Shown here: positions 47,286 to 57,330 of the stretch, one piece after another
Numbering within the stretch: position 1 is the first letter of the stretch
Layout: every line of letters begins with the position of its first letter
Source of the DNA: Nannocystis bainbridge
GTDB taxonomy: Bacteria > Myxococcota_A > Polyangia > Nannocystales > Nannocystaceae
NCBI RefSeq assembly: GCF_028368995.1
Contig: NZ_JAQNDL010000001.1
Span: 3,040,001-3,104,000 of the forward strand
Length of the DNA stretch: 64,000 bases
Reading direction: 5' to 3'
Notes under the pieces: generated by a model
Told to the model about the DNA's origin: nothing
The model's input: the letters and a program-made list of their open reading frames with translations, nothing else
Databases searched by the model: none
Translations under genes and position numbers: made by a program

Positions 47286-48737
47286 TCACAGGTTCGGCGG
47301 GGGAGGCAAGCTCTCCCCGACCACGTGGAGCTTGAGCAGGTTCACGGACTTGTGATCTTTCACCGGGTACCCGAGGGTGATCACGACGCGGTCCCCGCGC
47401 GCCAGCATTCCGCGGCTGAGGATGAGCCTTTCGATGTCGACGAAGATGCTGTTGCCGTGCGGGCTCGACACCGTGAAGAGCACCGGGACCACGCCCCAGT
47501 ACACGGCGAGCGCCTGGTAGGTCGCCGGGTTCGGCGTGAACGCGAAGATCGGCACGCGCGGGCGGTAGTCGCTGACGAGGCGGGCGATCCCGCCGGACAC
47601 CGTGTACGTCACGATCGCCTTGGTGTCGGGCAGCGACTTGCAGCAGACGACCGCGGCGCGGGCGATCGCGTTGGTCGAGTGGCCGAGGTCGAGGTCGGAC
47701 GGCTCTCGCCAGTAGCGCTCCTGGCGCTCGATCGAGCGCACGATCTTGTCCATCGTGTGCACCGCCTGCAGCGGGTACGCGCCCGAGGCTGTCTCTCCGG
47801 ACAGCATCACCGCGTCGGACCCGTCGAGCACCGCGTTGGCGACGTCGGACGCCTCGGCGCGGGTCGGCCGCGGGTTGCGGATCATCGAGTCGAGCATCTG
47901 CGTCGCCGTGATCACCAGCTTGCCGACGCGGTTGGCCAGCTCGATGCCCTGCTTCTGGATCACCGGCACCTCCTCGGGCCCGATCTCCACCCCGAGGTCG
48001 CCGCGGGCGATCATGATCCCGTTCGACACCTCGAGGATCGACTTCAGGTTGGTGACCGCCTCGGGCTTCTCGATCTTGGCCACGATCGGCACCACCCGCC
48101 CGTACTCCTCCATCATCGTCCGCACCGCCAGCACGTCCTCCGGCTGACGCACGAACGAGATCGCCACCAGGTCGACGCCCAGCTCGAGCGCGAACCGCAG
48201 GTCCTCCTTGTCCTTCTCCGTGATCGACGGCAGCGACAGGTGGACCCCCGGCAGGTTGACGCCCTTGCGCGACGTCAGCAGGCCGCCGGTCACCACCTGC
48301 GTCTTGATGTCTGGGCCCTCGACGCCGGTCACGCGCACCTCGAGCGCCCCGTCGTCCATCAAGATGCGGTCGCCCGGCTTCACCTCGCCGGCCAGGTGCG
48401 GGTAGTCGATCGCCACGCGACCCGCCTCGACCTTGGCCTCGGGGTCGACGCTGAGGATGAACTCTTCGTTGGCCTTGAGCTCGAGGCCCGGCGCGGGGAT
48501 CTTGCCGACGCGGATCTTGGGCCCCTGCAGGTCGGCGAGCACCGCCACGGCGATGTCGCGCGCCGACGCCTCGCTCCGGATCGTCTGGAACACCCGCGTG
48601 TGGTCCTCGTGCGACCCGTGCGAGAAGTTGAGGCGGGCGACGTTCATGCCGGCCGAGATGAGCGCGCCGATCTGGTCCTGGCTCGAGGGACCGATCGTGC
48701 AGACGATCTTGGCGCGGCGAAGAGGCGGAAGCGACAT
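47286..48737 (-). CDS. pyk: pyruvate kinase
   Basis: AKIVCTIGP, ARLNFSHG, DLQGPKIR, MIARGDLGVE, ATQMLDSM, MLSGETA. Confidence 0.97.
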   Translation of the reverse strand: MSLPPLRRAKIVCTIGPSSQDQIGALISAGMNVARLNFSHGSHEDHTRVFQTIRSEASARDIAVAVLADLQGPKIRVGKIPAPGLELKANEEFILSVDPEAKVEAGRVAIDYPHLAGEVKPGDRILMDDGALEVRVTGVEGPDIKTQVVTGGLLTSRKGVNLPGVHLSLPSITEKDKEDLRFALELGVDLVAISFVRQPEDVLAVRTMMEEYGRVVPIVAKIEKPEAVTNLKSILEVSNGIMIARGDLGVEIGPEEVPVIQKQGIELANRVGKLVITATQMLDSMIRNPRPTRAEASDVANAVLDGSDAVMLSGETASGAYPLQAVHTMDKIVRSIERQERYWREPSDLDLGHSTNAIARAAVVCCKSLPDTKAIVTYTVSGGIARLVSDYRPRVPIFAFTPNPATYQALAVYWGVVPVLFTVSSPHGNSIFVDIERLILSRGMLARGDRVVITLGYPVKDHKSVNLLKLHVVGESLPPPPNL

Positions 48738-48932
48738 GGCGCGCATCATGCCATGACGCCCCGGCCCCGCCATATCCCGCCGCGGTGACGCGTTTGCCAC
48801 GACGCACACTTCGTCCGCGCACCGCGCGCGTTCGTTCACGTGCTCGCTTCAGCCTGCCAATTCACGCGCCCAGCCCGGGCATGCACGATTTGTCTGCGAC
48901 TGCGCCGAGCTGCGGGCAACGGACCAGCCCGC

Positions 48933-49343
48933 TCACCAGCGCGAGTAGAGCGTCCCGAGATCGACCGGGGTATGCACGCCAAAGGCGTTGCCGATCGAAG
49001 TGATGCACACGCGCTTGTGATCCGCCGGGTCGACGATGACCTCGCACGGGGCCCCGGCGAGCAGCAGCGATTGCAACATCTCCGGCACCACGATCGCGGC
49101 CTCGATCTGCGCCTCGCCGCCCGGCAGCGCGACCTTCAGCGTCACCGGCCGCGTGTAGATCTGCAGCGACCCCTGACGCGACGTGACCCGGCCGGCGCCG
49201 ACCGCCAGGATCGTCCCCGTCGCCTTCGTCCCGCTCGCGCGCAGTTGGTCGTGCGCAGCCTGTGCGATCGGCCCCTGCGTGACGAGGGCGATGACAAGCC
49301 AGCCGATCATACCCATCCCGACGAGCGCGATCACGAAGTACAC
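48933..49343 (-). CDS. hypothetical membrane-anchored protein
   Basis: N-terminal TM followed by a beta-rich segment. Confidence 0.6.
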   Translation of the reverse strand: MYFVIALVGMGMIGWLVIALVTQGPIAQAAHDQLRASGTKATGTILAVGAGRVTSRQGSLQIYTRPVTLKVALPGGEAQIEAAIVVPEMLQSLLLAGAPCEVIVDPADHKRVCITSIGNAFGVHTPVDLGTLYSRW

Positions 49344-49508
49344 GCTCCGAGTCTACTCGCTCGCGCGCGCGACATGGCCGCACCCGCGGCGAGGGCACGC
49401 TCGCGCGCCCGCGCTCTCGAGGCCGCGAGGCTTCCGGCATGGACACGCGCGCCCCCACGCCGCCCCAGCCCGCGCCTGCTATGGTCGCTCTCGCTTTACG
49501 GAGGCCTC

Positions 49509-50234
49509 ATGCGCAATTACGTCTCGCTGATCCTGCTCGCCCCGCTGTGTCTCACCGCCTGCTCCGACCCCAAGGATCCGCTCGACGGCCTCACCGCGGC
49601 GCCGACCGACGGCAGCAGCAGCGACGGCAGCGACGGCTCCGCGACCACCGGCAACGACGCCGCCACCAATTCGATGAGCGGCACCAGCGACGGCCCCGGC
49701 GCGACCACCGACGACGAAGAGCCGCCGAACCCGACCAGCACCAGCGCCACCACCACCGGCGCCGATCCTTCCGCCGGTCCGACCAGCGATCCCTCCGCCG
49801 GCCCGACCAGCGATCCGAGCTCGGCCTCCGACACCACCGGCGACCCCGCCGATCCGTACGAGCAGGCGCGACAGCTGTGCGTCGACACCATCAACATGTA
49901 CCGCGCCACGCTGGGCCTGCCGGCCTATCAGCGGTGGACCGACGCCGAGAGCTGCTCCGACGCCGAGGCCGCGGCTGACGGCCAGAGCGGCACCCCGCAC
50001 GGCGCCTTCGGCATGTGCGGCGAGTCCGCCCAGAACGAGTGCCCCGGGTGGCCGAGCCCGGCCGAGCAGTCGCTCCCGGGCTGCCTCGAGCAGATGTGGG
50101 CCGAGGGACCGGGCGAGGACTTCCAGATGCACGGCCACTACATCAACATGTCGAGCGAGCAGTACAGCATGGTCGCCTGCGGCTTCGCCGACGCCGGCGG
50201 CGGCAGCATGTGGATGGTGCAGAACTTCAAGTGA
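49509..50234 (+). CDS. CAP-like domain lipoprotein
   Basis: CLTAC lipobox, Ser/Thr linker, INMYRATLGL, GHYINM..VACGF..MVQNF. Confidence 0.8.
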   Translation: MRNYVSLILLAPLCLTACSDPKDPLDGLTAAPTDGSSSDGSDGSATTGNDAATNSMSGTSDGPGATTDDEEPPNPTSTSATTTGADPSAGPTSDPSAGPTSDPSSASDTTGDPADPYEQARQLCVDTINMYRATLGLPAYQRWTDAESCSDAEAAADGQSGTPHGAFGMCGESAQNECPGWPSPAEQSLPGCLEQMWAEGPGEDFQMHGHYINMSSEQYSMVACGFADAGGGSMWMVQNFK

Positions 50235-50327
50235 CGGAGCCCGGCGCGGCGGGGGCGGCGACGCGGGACTTCTGCTTCGACAGCGCCGCGTTGTGATCGA
50301 CGTCGCAGTCGCGCTAGACTGGGCTCG

Positions 50328-51503
50328 ATGCGCGAGTTGTTCGCCGTGGCCCTGCCCGGGCTGGAGCCGCTGGTCGCCGCCGAGCTCGACGCCCTCGGCC
50401 TCGGCCCCGGGAAGGTCGTGCCGGGCGGCGTCGGTTTTCGCGGCGACTGGGCGGCGCTGATCGCCGCCAACCTGCACTTAAGGACAGCCACCCGCGTGCT
50501 CGTGCGCCTGGCCGAGTTCCCGGCCCACAGCTTCGCCCTGCTGTCCAAGCGGATGACCGACATCGCCTGGGAGGACCTGTTTCCCCCGCACGCGCCGGTG
50601 CGCCTGGCCGTGCGCGCCACCGCCCACAAGTCGCGCCTCTACCACACCGGCGCGATCGCCGAGCGCGTCCACCTCGCCGTCGCCGCGCGCCTCGGCGCCC
50701 ACGTCGAGCTCGCGCACCCCCACGACGACGGCGAGGATGACCCCGAGGCCAGCTCGACCCATTCGACCGTGCTGCTGGTGATCCGCCTCGAGCGCGACCG
50801 CTGCACCGTCAGCGTCGACAGCTCCGGCGACCCGCTGCACCGCCGCGGCTACCGGCTCGCCACCGCCAAGGCCCCGCTGCGCCCGACCCTCGCCGCCGCC
50901 TTGCTCGCCGCCGTCGGCTGGCGCCCCGGCGAGCCGCTGCTCGACCCGTTCTGCGGCTCCGGCACGATCGCCATCGAGGCCGCCCTCATCGCCCACGGCA
51001 AGCCCGCCGGGGCCCTGCGCGACTTCTCGTGCGCCCGCTGGCCCGCCCTCGCCGCCGCCTACCCGGCCCTGCGCAAGGCCGCCGCGAGCCTGACCCAAGA
51101 GCCATGTCCCTACGCGCCGATCGTCGCCTCCGATCGCGACGAGGGCGCCGTCGCGGCCGCGCGCGCCAACGCCCAGCGCGCCGGGGTCGACGGCGCGATC
51201 GCCTTCGCCGTGCGCCCGTTCGCCGCCTGCGAGCCGTTCAGCGCCCGCGGCCTGCTGCTCACCAACCCGCCCTACGGCCTCCGGGTCGGCCGCGCCCGGA
51301 CCTTGCGCGACCTCTACGCCCACATCGGACACGTCCTTCGGGACAGGTTCCCCGCCTGGCGCGCCGCGCTGCTGTGTCCGCCGGACCTGCGGGTCACCGT
51401 CGGCGTCGCCCTGCGCCCTGTGCTGAGCACGCGGACTGGCGGGCTCGCGGTCGAGCTCGCGCTGGCCGAGCAGACGCGGGCCGACGTCCGGGCGCGCGGC
51501 TGA
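50328..51503 (+). CDS. THUMP-domain RNA methyltransferase (RlmL-like)
   Basis: DSSGDPLHRRGYR, KAPLR, LLDPFCGSGTIAIEAA, TNPPYG. Confidence 0.9.
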   Translation: MRELFAVALPGLEPLVAAELDALGLGPGKVVPGGVGFRGDWAALIAANLHLRTATRVLVRLAEFPAHSFALLSKRMTDIAWEDLFPPHAPVRLAVRATAHKSRLYHTGAIAERVHLAVAARLGAHVELAHPHDDGEDDPEASSTHSTVLLVIRLERDRCTVSVDSSGDPLHRRGYRLATAKAPLRPTLAAALLAAVGWRPGEPLLDPFCGSGTIAIEAALIAHGKPAGALRDFSCARWPALAAAYPALRKAAASLTQEPCPYAPIVASDRDEGAVAAARANAQRAGVDGAIAFAVRPFAACEPFSARGLLLTNPPYGLRVGRARTLRDLYAHIGHVLRDRFPAWRAALLCPPDLRVTVGVALRPVLSTRTGGLAVELALAEQTRADVRARG

Positions 51504-51533
51504 GGCTCGCGGCGCGCGTGGTACCCTCGGCGG

Positions 51534-52514
51534 GTGTTCACGCTGCACGCCTTTCACCCGACGCGCGGCCACTGGAACGAGACCGAGCTCGGGGCCCTGA
51601 CGCGGCTGCTCGCGGACCCCGAGATCACGCTCTGGCTCGACCTCCAGGACCCGACCGACGACGAGGCGCGCGTGCTCGCCGACGTGTTCCATTTCCATCC
51701 GCTGGCCATCGAGGACATGCTCCACGACTACGGCCACCCCAAGCTCGACGTCTACGACGACTACGTGTTTCTCATCGTCCACGGCGTCGACTTTCACAGC
51801 CTCGACCTCGACACCGGCTTCGTCGTCAACACCCTCGAGCTCGACATCTTCGCCGGCCCGCGCTACGTCGTCACCCACCACGCGGACAACACCTTGCGCT
51901 CGGTCAGCGAGCTCCACCGTGACGTGTGCGACCCCTGTCATCGCCCGTGGATCAGCGTGCGCGTGCTGCACCGCCTGCTCGACCGGCTCGTCGACAATTA
52001 CTTGCCGGTCATGGACAAGATCGGCGCCCGGCTCGACGTGCTCGAGGACCTCATCATCCACCGGCCCGAGCCGGAGCAGCTCGAGCTCGTGCTCGACGCC
52101 AAGAAGACGATCAACCGCCTGCGCCGGATCACCGGTCACCAGCGACTGATCTTGGAGTCGCTCGCGCGCGGCCACATCGACCTCATCCCGCGCGACAGCA
52201 TCGCCTTCTTCCGCGACATCTACGACCACTTCGTGCGCGTCGCCGACATCTCCGAGGCCAACCGCGAGGGCGTGCAGGCGGCGGTCGAGGCCTATCTCTC
52301 GGTCTCGGCCAACAAGACCAACGAGATCATGAAGGTCCTGACCCAGATCTCGACCGTCATGCTGCCCCTGACCTTCATCGCCGGCATCTACGGCATGAAT
52401 TTCGACATCATGCCGGAGCTGCGGTGGACCATGGGATATCCTTTCGCCCTCGGCCTGATGGCGCTGACTGCTGCCGGGCTCATCGTCTGGTTCCGGCGGC
52501 GGCACTGGCTGTGA
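51534..52514 (+). CDS. corA: magnesium/cobalt transporter CorA
   Basis: FHPLAIED, PLTFIAGIYGMNF..MPEL, two C-terminal TMs. Confidence 0.95.
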   Translation: MFTLHAFHPTRGHWNETELGALTRLLADPEITLWLDLQDPTDDEARVLADVFHFHPLAIEDMLHDYGHPKLDVYDDYVFLIVHGVDFHSLDLDTGFVVNTLELDIFAGPRYVVTHHADNTLRSVSELHRDVCDPCHRPWISVRVLHRLLDRLVDNYLPVMDKIGARLDVLEDLIIHRPEPEQLELVLDAKKTINRLRRITGHQRLILESLARGHIDLIPRDSIAFFRDIYDHFVRVADISEANREGVQAAVEAYLSVSANKTNEIMKVLTQISTVMLPLTFIAGIYGMNFDIMPELRWTMGYPFALGLMALTAAGLIVWFRRRHWL

Positions 52515-52614
52515 TGCGAGCCCTGCTGCGTGGACGGGCCCGGAGGTGGCCATCCTGCCGCGATGTTGATCTCGCCACCCGGGCGGTGGTACATGACCGG
52601 AGGGAGGGCCCTGT

Positions 52615-53877
52615 ATGGTCTTCGAGCCGCGTCTTCGTGAACTCACTCGAACCGCGCTGACCCTCGTGTTGGCCGGTGGGCGTGGCAGTCGCCTCGCCGC
52701 TCTCACCGATCGCCGGGCCAAGCCGGCCGTCTACTTCGGCGGCAAGTTCCGCATCATCGACTTCGCGCTGTCGAACGCGATCAACTCGGGGTTCCGCAAG
52801 ATCTCCGTGCTGACGCAGTACAAGTCGCACAGCCTCCTGCGCCACTTGCAGCGCGGCTGGAGCTTCCTGCGCGGCGAGATGGACGAGTTCGTCGACCTCC
52901 TCCCGGCCCAGCAGCGGCTCAACGAGGAGGACTGGTACCGCGGCACGGCCGACGCCGTGTGGCAGAACCTCGACATCTTCCAGAGCCTGCAGCCGTCGCA
53001 CGTCATCGTCCTCGCCGGAGATCACATCTACAAGATGGACTACGGCAAGATGCTCTGGCAGCACGTGACCCGCGGCGCCGACGTCACGGTCGCCTGCTTC
53101 GAGGTCCCGCGCAAGGAGGCCAGCGCGTTCGGGGTCATGGCGGTCGACCCTGGCGGTCGCGTGGTCCGCTTCGTCGAGAAGCCGGCCGACCCGCCGCCCA
53201 TCGTCGGCAACCCCGAGATGTCGCTGGCGAGCATGGGCATCTACGTGTTCAACGGCAACTTCCTGTTCGACCAGCTGCGGCGCGACGCCGAGGATCCGAA
53301 CTCGAACCACGACTTCGGCAAGGACATCATCCCGTACCTCGTGCAGGGCCGGGCCAGCGTGTTCGCGCACCGCTTCCAGGAGAGCTGCGTCGTCAGCGAG
53401 TCGGGCGGCTCGCCGTACTGGCGGGACGTCGGCACCGTCGATGCCTACTGGGAGGCCAACATCGACCTCACCAACATCATCCCGCCGTTCGACCTCTACG
53501 ACCCGCAGTGGCGGATCTGGACCTACCAGGAGCAGCTCCCGCCGGCCAAGTTCGTCCACGACGAGGACAACCGGCGCGGCCACTGCCTCGGCAGCATGGT
53601 CTCGGGCGGGTGCATCATCTCCGGCTCGCTCGTGAAGCGCAGCCTCCTGTTCTCCAACGTCCGCTGTCACTCCTACTCGCGGCTCGAGGGCGCCGTGATC
53701 TTGCCCGACGTCGTGGTGAACCGCAGCGCGCGGCTCAGCAAGGTCGTCGTCGACCGCGGCGTCGAGATCCCCGAGGGCCTGGTGGTCGGCGAGGATCCGG
53801 AGGAGGACGCGCGTCGGTTCCACCGCACCGCCGGCGGCGTCACCCTGATCACGCGTGAGATGATCGACCGCCTGTAG
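52615..53877 (+). CDS. glgC: glucose-1-phosphate adenylyltransferase
   Basis: [35 protein letters not shown]. Confidence 0.97.
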   Translation: MVFEPRLRELTRTALTLVLAGGRGSRLAALTDRRAKPAVYFGGKFRIIDFALSNAINSGFRKISVLTQYKSHSLLRHLQRGWSFLRGEMDEFVDLLPAQQRLNEEDWYRGTADAVWQNLDIFQSLQPSHVIVLAGDHIYKMDYGKMLWQHVTRGADVTVACFEVPRKEASAFGVMAVDPGGRVVRFVEKPADPPPIVGNPEMSLASMGIYVFNGNFLFDQLRRDAEDPNSNHDFGKDIIPYLVQGRASVFAHRFQESCVVSESGGSPYWRDVGTVDAYWEANIDLTNIIPPFDLYDPQWRIWTYQEQLPPAKFVHDEDNRRGHCLGSMVSGGCIISGSLVKRSLLFSNVRCHSYSRLEGAVILPDVVVNRSARLSKVVVDRGVEIPEGLVVGEDPEEDARRFHRTAGGVTLITREMIDRL

Positions 53878-53894
53878 CGCCCCCGGGTTTTCAC

Positions 53895-55343
53895 ATGCGC
53901 GTCCTGTTCGTCGCCTCCGAAGTCTATCCCCTGGTCAAGACCGGCGGCCTGGCCGACGTCGTCGGCGCCTTGCCGCTCGCGCTCGCCGAGCTCGGCGTCG
54001 ACGTGCGCGTCCTCGTGCCCGGCTACCCCAAGGTCTTGGCCGGCCTGCAGACGCGCGGCCGCGAGGTCGACCTGCACGGCCTCGTCGGCGGCGGTCCGGC
54101 CAAGCTGATGTACGGCCGCGTCGGTCGGCTCGAGCTGCTCGTGCTCGACGCCCCTCACCTGTACAATCGGCCAGGTAACCCCTACGTCGACGAGCACGGG
54201 CGCGACTTCGGCGACAACCACCTGCGCTTCGGCGCCCTGTGCGACGCCGCCGTGTGGCTCGCCGGGCCCGAGGGCGGCCAGCGCTGGCGGCCCGACCTGA
54301 TCCACGGCCACGACTGGCAGGCCGGCCTCGTGCCCGCCTACGTCGCCATGATGCCGCCGCAGCAGCGCGTGGCCACCGTCACCACCATCCACAACCTCGC
54401 CTACCAGGGCGTGTTCCGCTCCGAGGCCATGGGCGCGCTGCGGCTGCCCGCCTCGATGTTCGACATCCACGGCGTCGAGTTCCACGGCCACCTCGGCTTC
54501 CTCAAGGCCGGCCTCTGGTACAGCGACAAGATCACCACCGTCAGCCCGACCTACGCCAGCCAGATCCAGACCGAGACCTACGGCCACGGTCTCCACGGCC
54601 TGCTGCGGCGGCGCGACGCCGACCTCTACGGGATCCTCAACGGCATCGACACCGCGGTCTGGGACCCGGCCACCGACGCCCACCTGCCCGCGCCGTACAG
54701 CGTCGACGACCTCGCCGGCAAGCGCCACGGCAAGCGCGCGCTGCAGCTCGAGCTCGGCCTCCACCCTGACCCCGACGCGCCGCTGTTCGTGGTCGTCAGC
54801 CGGCTCGTGACCATGAAGGGCCTCGACCTGCTGCTCAGCGCCGGCCGCTCGATCCTCGAGCGCGGCGGCCAGCTCGCCGTCCTCGGCTCCGGCGAGGAGC
54901 GCCTCGTCGAGGGCTTCCAGCAGGCCGCGCGCCTCAACCCCGGCCGCGTCGCCTACCGCGGCGGCTACGACGAGCCGCTCGCCCACCGCATGCAGGCCGG
55001 CGGCGACGCCATCATCATCCCCTCGCGCACCGAGCCGTGCGGCCTCACCCAGCTGTACGGCCTGCGCTACGGCACCGTCCCGGTCGTGCGCCGGACCGGC
55101 GGCCTGGCCGACAGCGTCGTCGACACCACCCCCGAGAGCCTGAGCGCCGGCCAGGCCACCGGCGTCCTGTTCAACGACATCGACGCCTCCGCCCTCGCCT
55201 GGGCCCTCGGCCGCACGATCGCGCTCTACCACAACCGCCCGGTGTGGCAGCAGATCGTCCGCAACGGCATGCAGCAGGACTTCAGCTGGCGCCGCAGCGC
55301 CGCCCGCTACCTCGACCTCTACCGCCGGGCCCTCAGCCGCTGA
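53895..55343 (+). CDS. glgA: glycogen synthase
   Basis: KTGGLADV, HDWQ, TIHNLAYQG, EPCGLTQLYGLRYGT. Confidence 0.97.
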   Translation: MRVLFVASEVYPLVKTGGLADVVGALPLALAELGVDVRVLVPGYPKVLAGLQTRGREVDLHGLVGGGPAKLMYGRVGRLELLVLDAPHLYNRPGNPYVDEHGRDFGDNHLRFGALCDAAVWLAGPEGGQRWRPDLIHGHDWQAGLVPAYVAMMPPQQRVATVTTIHNLAYQGVFRSEAMGALRLPASMFDIHGVEFHGHLGFLKAGLWYSDKITTVSPTYASQIQTETYGHGLHGLLRRRDADLYGILNGIDTAVWDPATDAHLPAPYSVDDLAGKRHGKRALQLELGLHPDPDAPLFVVVSRLVTMKGLDLLLSAGRSILERGGQLAVLGSGEERLVEGFQQAARLNPGRVAYRGGYDEPLAHRMQAGGDAIIIPSRTEPCGLTQLYGLRYGTVPVVRRTGGLADSVVDTTPESLSAGQATGVLFNDIDASALAWALGRTIALYHNRPVWQQIVRNGMQQDFSWRRSAARYLDLYRRALSR

Positions 55344-55349
55344 GCGGGC

Positions 55350-55429
55350 GGGCCTGTCTGATGCGACATGCTCTCTCGAGCATGTCCGAGCGGCCATGCT
55401 CCATCGAGCATGTCTGAATAGACATGTCC
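55350..55429. repeat. 14-bp-phased CATG array (5 units plus 1 degenerate)
   Basis: CCTG at 55353; CATG at 55367, 55381, 55395, 55409, 55423. Confidence 0.9.
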
Positions 55430-55494
55430 GGATCGGCGACTGGGGCGCCGCTCCCGCGGCTGCAAGCGGCCCGCGGTTCGGCTATCCTGCGCGC

Positions 55495-55716
55495 GTGGCC
55501 GAACTCCAGCTCGACCCCGAGGCGCTGCAGGACCTGATCGACGCCCGCATGCCGTTCGGCAAGTACCAGGGCCTCGCGCTGCTCGACCTGCCCGAGCCGT
55601 ACCTGGTGTGGTTCTCGCGCCAGGGCTTCCCGTCGAGCAAGCTCGGCCGCCAGCTCGCGCTCACCCTCGAGATCAAGATCAACGGCCTCGAGCGCATGCT
55701 GAAGCCGCTGCGCTGA
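55495..55716 (+). CDS. DUF3820-like small protein
   Basis: MPFGKYQG..LDLPEPYLVWF..GFP..LG..EIKINGLE. Confidence 0.85.
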   Translation: MAELQLDPEALQDLIDARMPFGKYQGLALLDLPEPYLVWFSRQGFPSSKLGRQLALTLEIKINGLERMLKPLR

Positions 55717-55807
55717 AGCCTGTCCCCTCCGCGCGCCTGCGCTGCGGCAGAGACGAGCGGGCGGGCCGCTGACGCCTGTCCCTTCCGCCAGGTTCACTGC
55801 GCGCCTC

Positions 55808-56179
55808 TCAGCGCCCTGCGTCTTCCAACTCGTCGAGCCAGGCCAGCGCCTCGGCCTCGGCGGAGAACGAGCGGAAATCGCGGGCTCCGCCGGCCAGGCG
55901 GATCATCACGTTGATCGCCGCGCGCACGATCGGGTTCGTCACCACCGCGGCGATGGCGAGGTAGTTGCCCTGCGTCGTCGGGAAGTACTTGCGCGCGTCC
56001 GGGGCGTACTCGATCCCCTTCTCCGTCAACAGCAGCACGCGCCAGCGGTGGTTCGGCCCGCCCGGCCCGACCAGGGCCCCGAACGCCTCGGCGTCCGACA
56101 GCGCCACGTGGCCGCTGGAGTGGATGATGAGCAGCGGCGCGCCCTTGGGTGTGCGGGCCTCTTCGAAGCGGAGCGGCAT
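55808..56179 (-). CDS. STAS/SEC14-like small domain protein
   Basis: AAVVTNPIVRAAIN..FSAEAEALAWL pattern. Confidence 0.7.
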   Translation of the reverse strand: MPLRFEEARTPKGAPLLIIHSSGHVALSDAEAFGALVGPGGPNHRWRVLLLTEKGIEYAPDARKYFPTTQGNYLAIAAVVTNPIVRAAINVMIRLAGGARDFRSFSAEAEALAWLDELEDAGR

Positions 56180-56469
56180 GACGACCGAGATCGTCCTGAG
56201 GGTAGACCGGCGCGCGCGGGAGTCAACGCTCCGCAAGTGTATGCCGGCGACGCCACCGCCGCGCCCCGGATGGCCCTCGCCGCGGGCGCCAAAACCGCCG
56301 TCCTGGCTATTGACTGCCCGCCCTTTACGACATGTCTCATAAAACATGTTCAAAGGACCAGGACGATGCCGCTCGCCGCCGCGCCCGAGCCTGCCCGCAC
56401 GCGTGCTACCCTCCGCCTTCCGCCCATGCCTCCCGCGCTCGCCATGCCGCGTCATCTCCTCGAGGTCGC

Positions 56470-57330
56470 ATGACCGGCGCCCGCCAGCTCGCCGAGCTCG
56501 CCCGCGCCGACACCAAGTGGACCGCGATCGAGGCCATCTGCGAGGGTCCCGCCGACGACCTGCTCGCTGCGGCGCGGACCCAGTTCGCGACCACCCCGAA
56601 TCGCCGCGCCGACCTGATCGCGCTGCTCCGGCGGCTACCCGGTGGCCCGGCCGAACAGCTGCTCGTCGAGTGGCTCGACGATGCTTTTTCCACCCAACAC
56701 GCCGCGGTCCTCCGCGTCCTGGCCGAGCGCCGGGCCAGCGTGCCGAGCGCGATCCTGGAGCGCATCCTCGCCGCCGCCACGCCGCGCACACCGAAGGCCG
56801 CGGCAAAAATCGCTGAAAAAACCCGCCGCGATTTCGAGCAATTGCTCGCGGCCGTCGGCTGCCTCGGCGACGCCTCGATCGCGCCGCTCGTCGCCCGTCA
56901 CCTCGACGCCCACCCCGCCACCGCGGCGCTCGCCCTCGGCCGCCTCGGCGCGCGCGATCACATCCCCGCGCTGCTCGACCGTCTCCCGCGGGTCGAAGCC
57001 GCAGCGCAGTCCGCCATCGTCGCCGCCTTCGAGCTGCTGGACGACGCCTCCGTCGCGCCCGCCTTGCTCGCGTGGCTGCGCGCGAGCGCTGGTTCGACGA
57101 GGCGCTGCGATCCAGATGACCGCAAACACATGCTCCATCGGACATGCTCCATCGAGCATGTCCGAAAAGTCATCTCTCTCGTTCACCCCGTCCGCGCGCG
57201 CAGGATCTCCAGCCATTTGCGCCCGCTCATCGCCAGGATCGCCACCACGCACGCCAGCAGCGTCCCCGTCACGATCGTGTTGACGATCCCCATCGTCGCC
57301 GTCGCCGGGTCGCGGGTCATCGGCACGTAG
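56470..57330 (+). CDS. HEAT-repeat protein, possibly C-terminally disrupted
   Basis: [13 protein letters not shown] repeats; frame runs through a CATG array and 148 nt into the convergent cstA. Confidence 0.55.
   Translation: MTGARQLAELARADTKWTAIEAICEGPADDLLAAARTQFATTPNRRADLIALLRRLPGGPAEQLLVEWLDDAFSTQHAAVLRVLAERRASVPSAILERILAAATPRTPKAAAKIAEKTRRDFEQLLAAVGCLGDASIAPLVARHLDAHPATAALALGRLGARDHIPALLDRLPRVEAAAQSAIVAAFELLDDASVAPALLAWLRASAGSTRRCDPDDRKHMLHRTCSIEHVRKVISLVHPVRARRISSHLRPLIARIATTHASSVPVTIVLTIPIVAVAGSRVIGT
57126..57163. repeat. 14-bp-phased CATG array (3 units)
   Basis: CATG at 57129, 57143, 57157. Confidence 0.8.

Noticed and set aside
52615-55343. glgC-glgA pair as a novelty
   Set aside because: Ordinary glycogen biosynthesis genes.
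55808-57145. 445-aa minus-strand ORF
   Set aside because: Only the last 123 aa look coding; the rest is antisense to the HEAT-repeat ORF.
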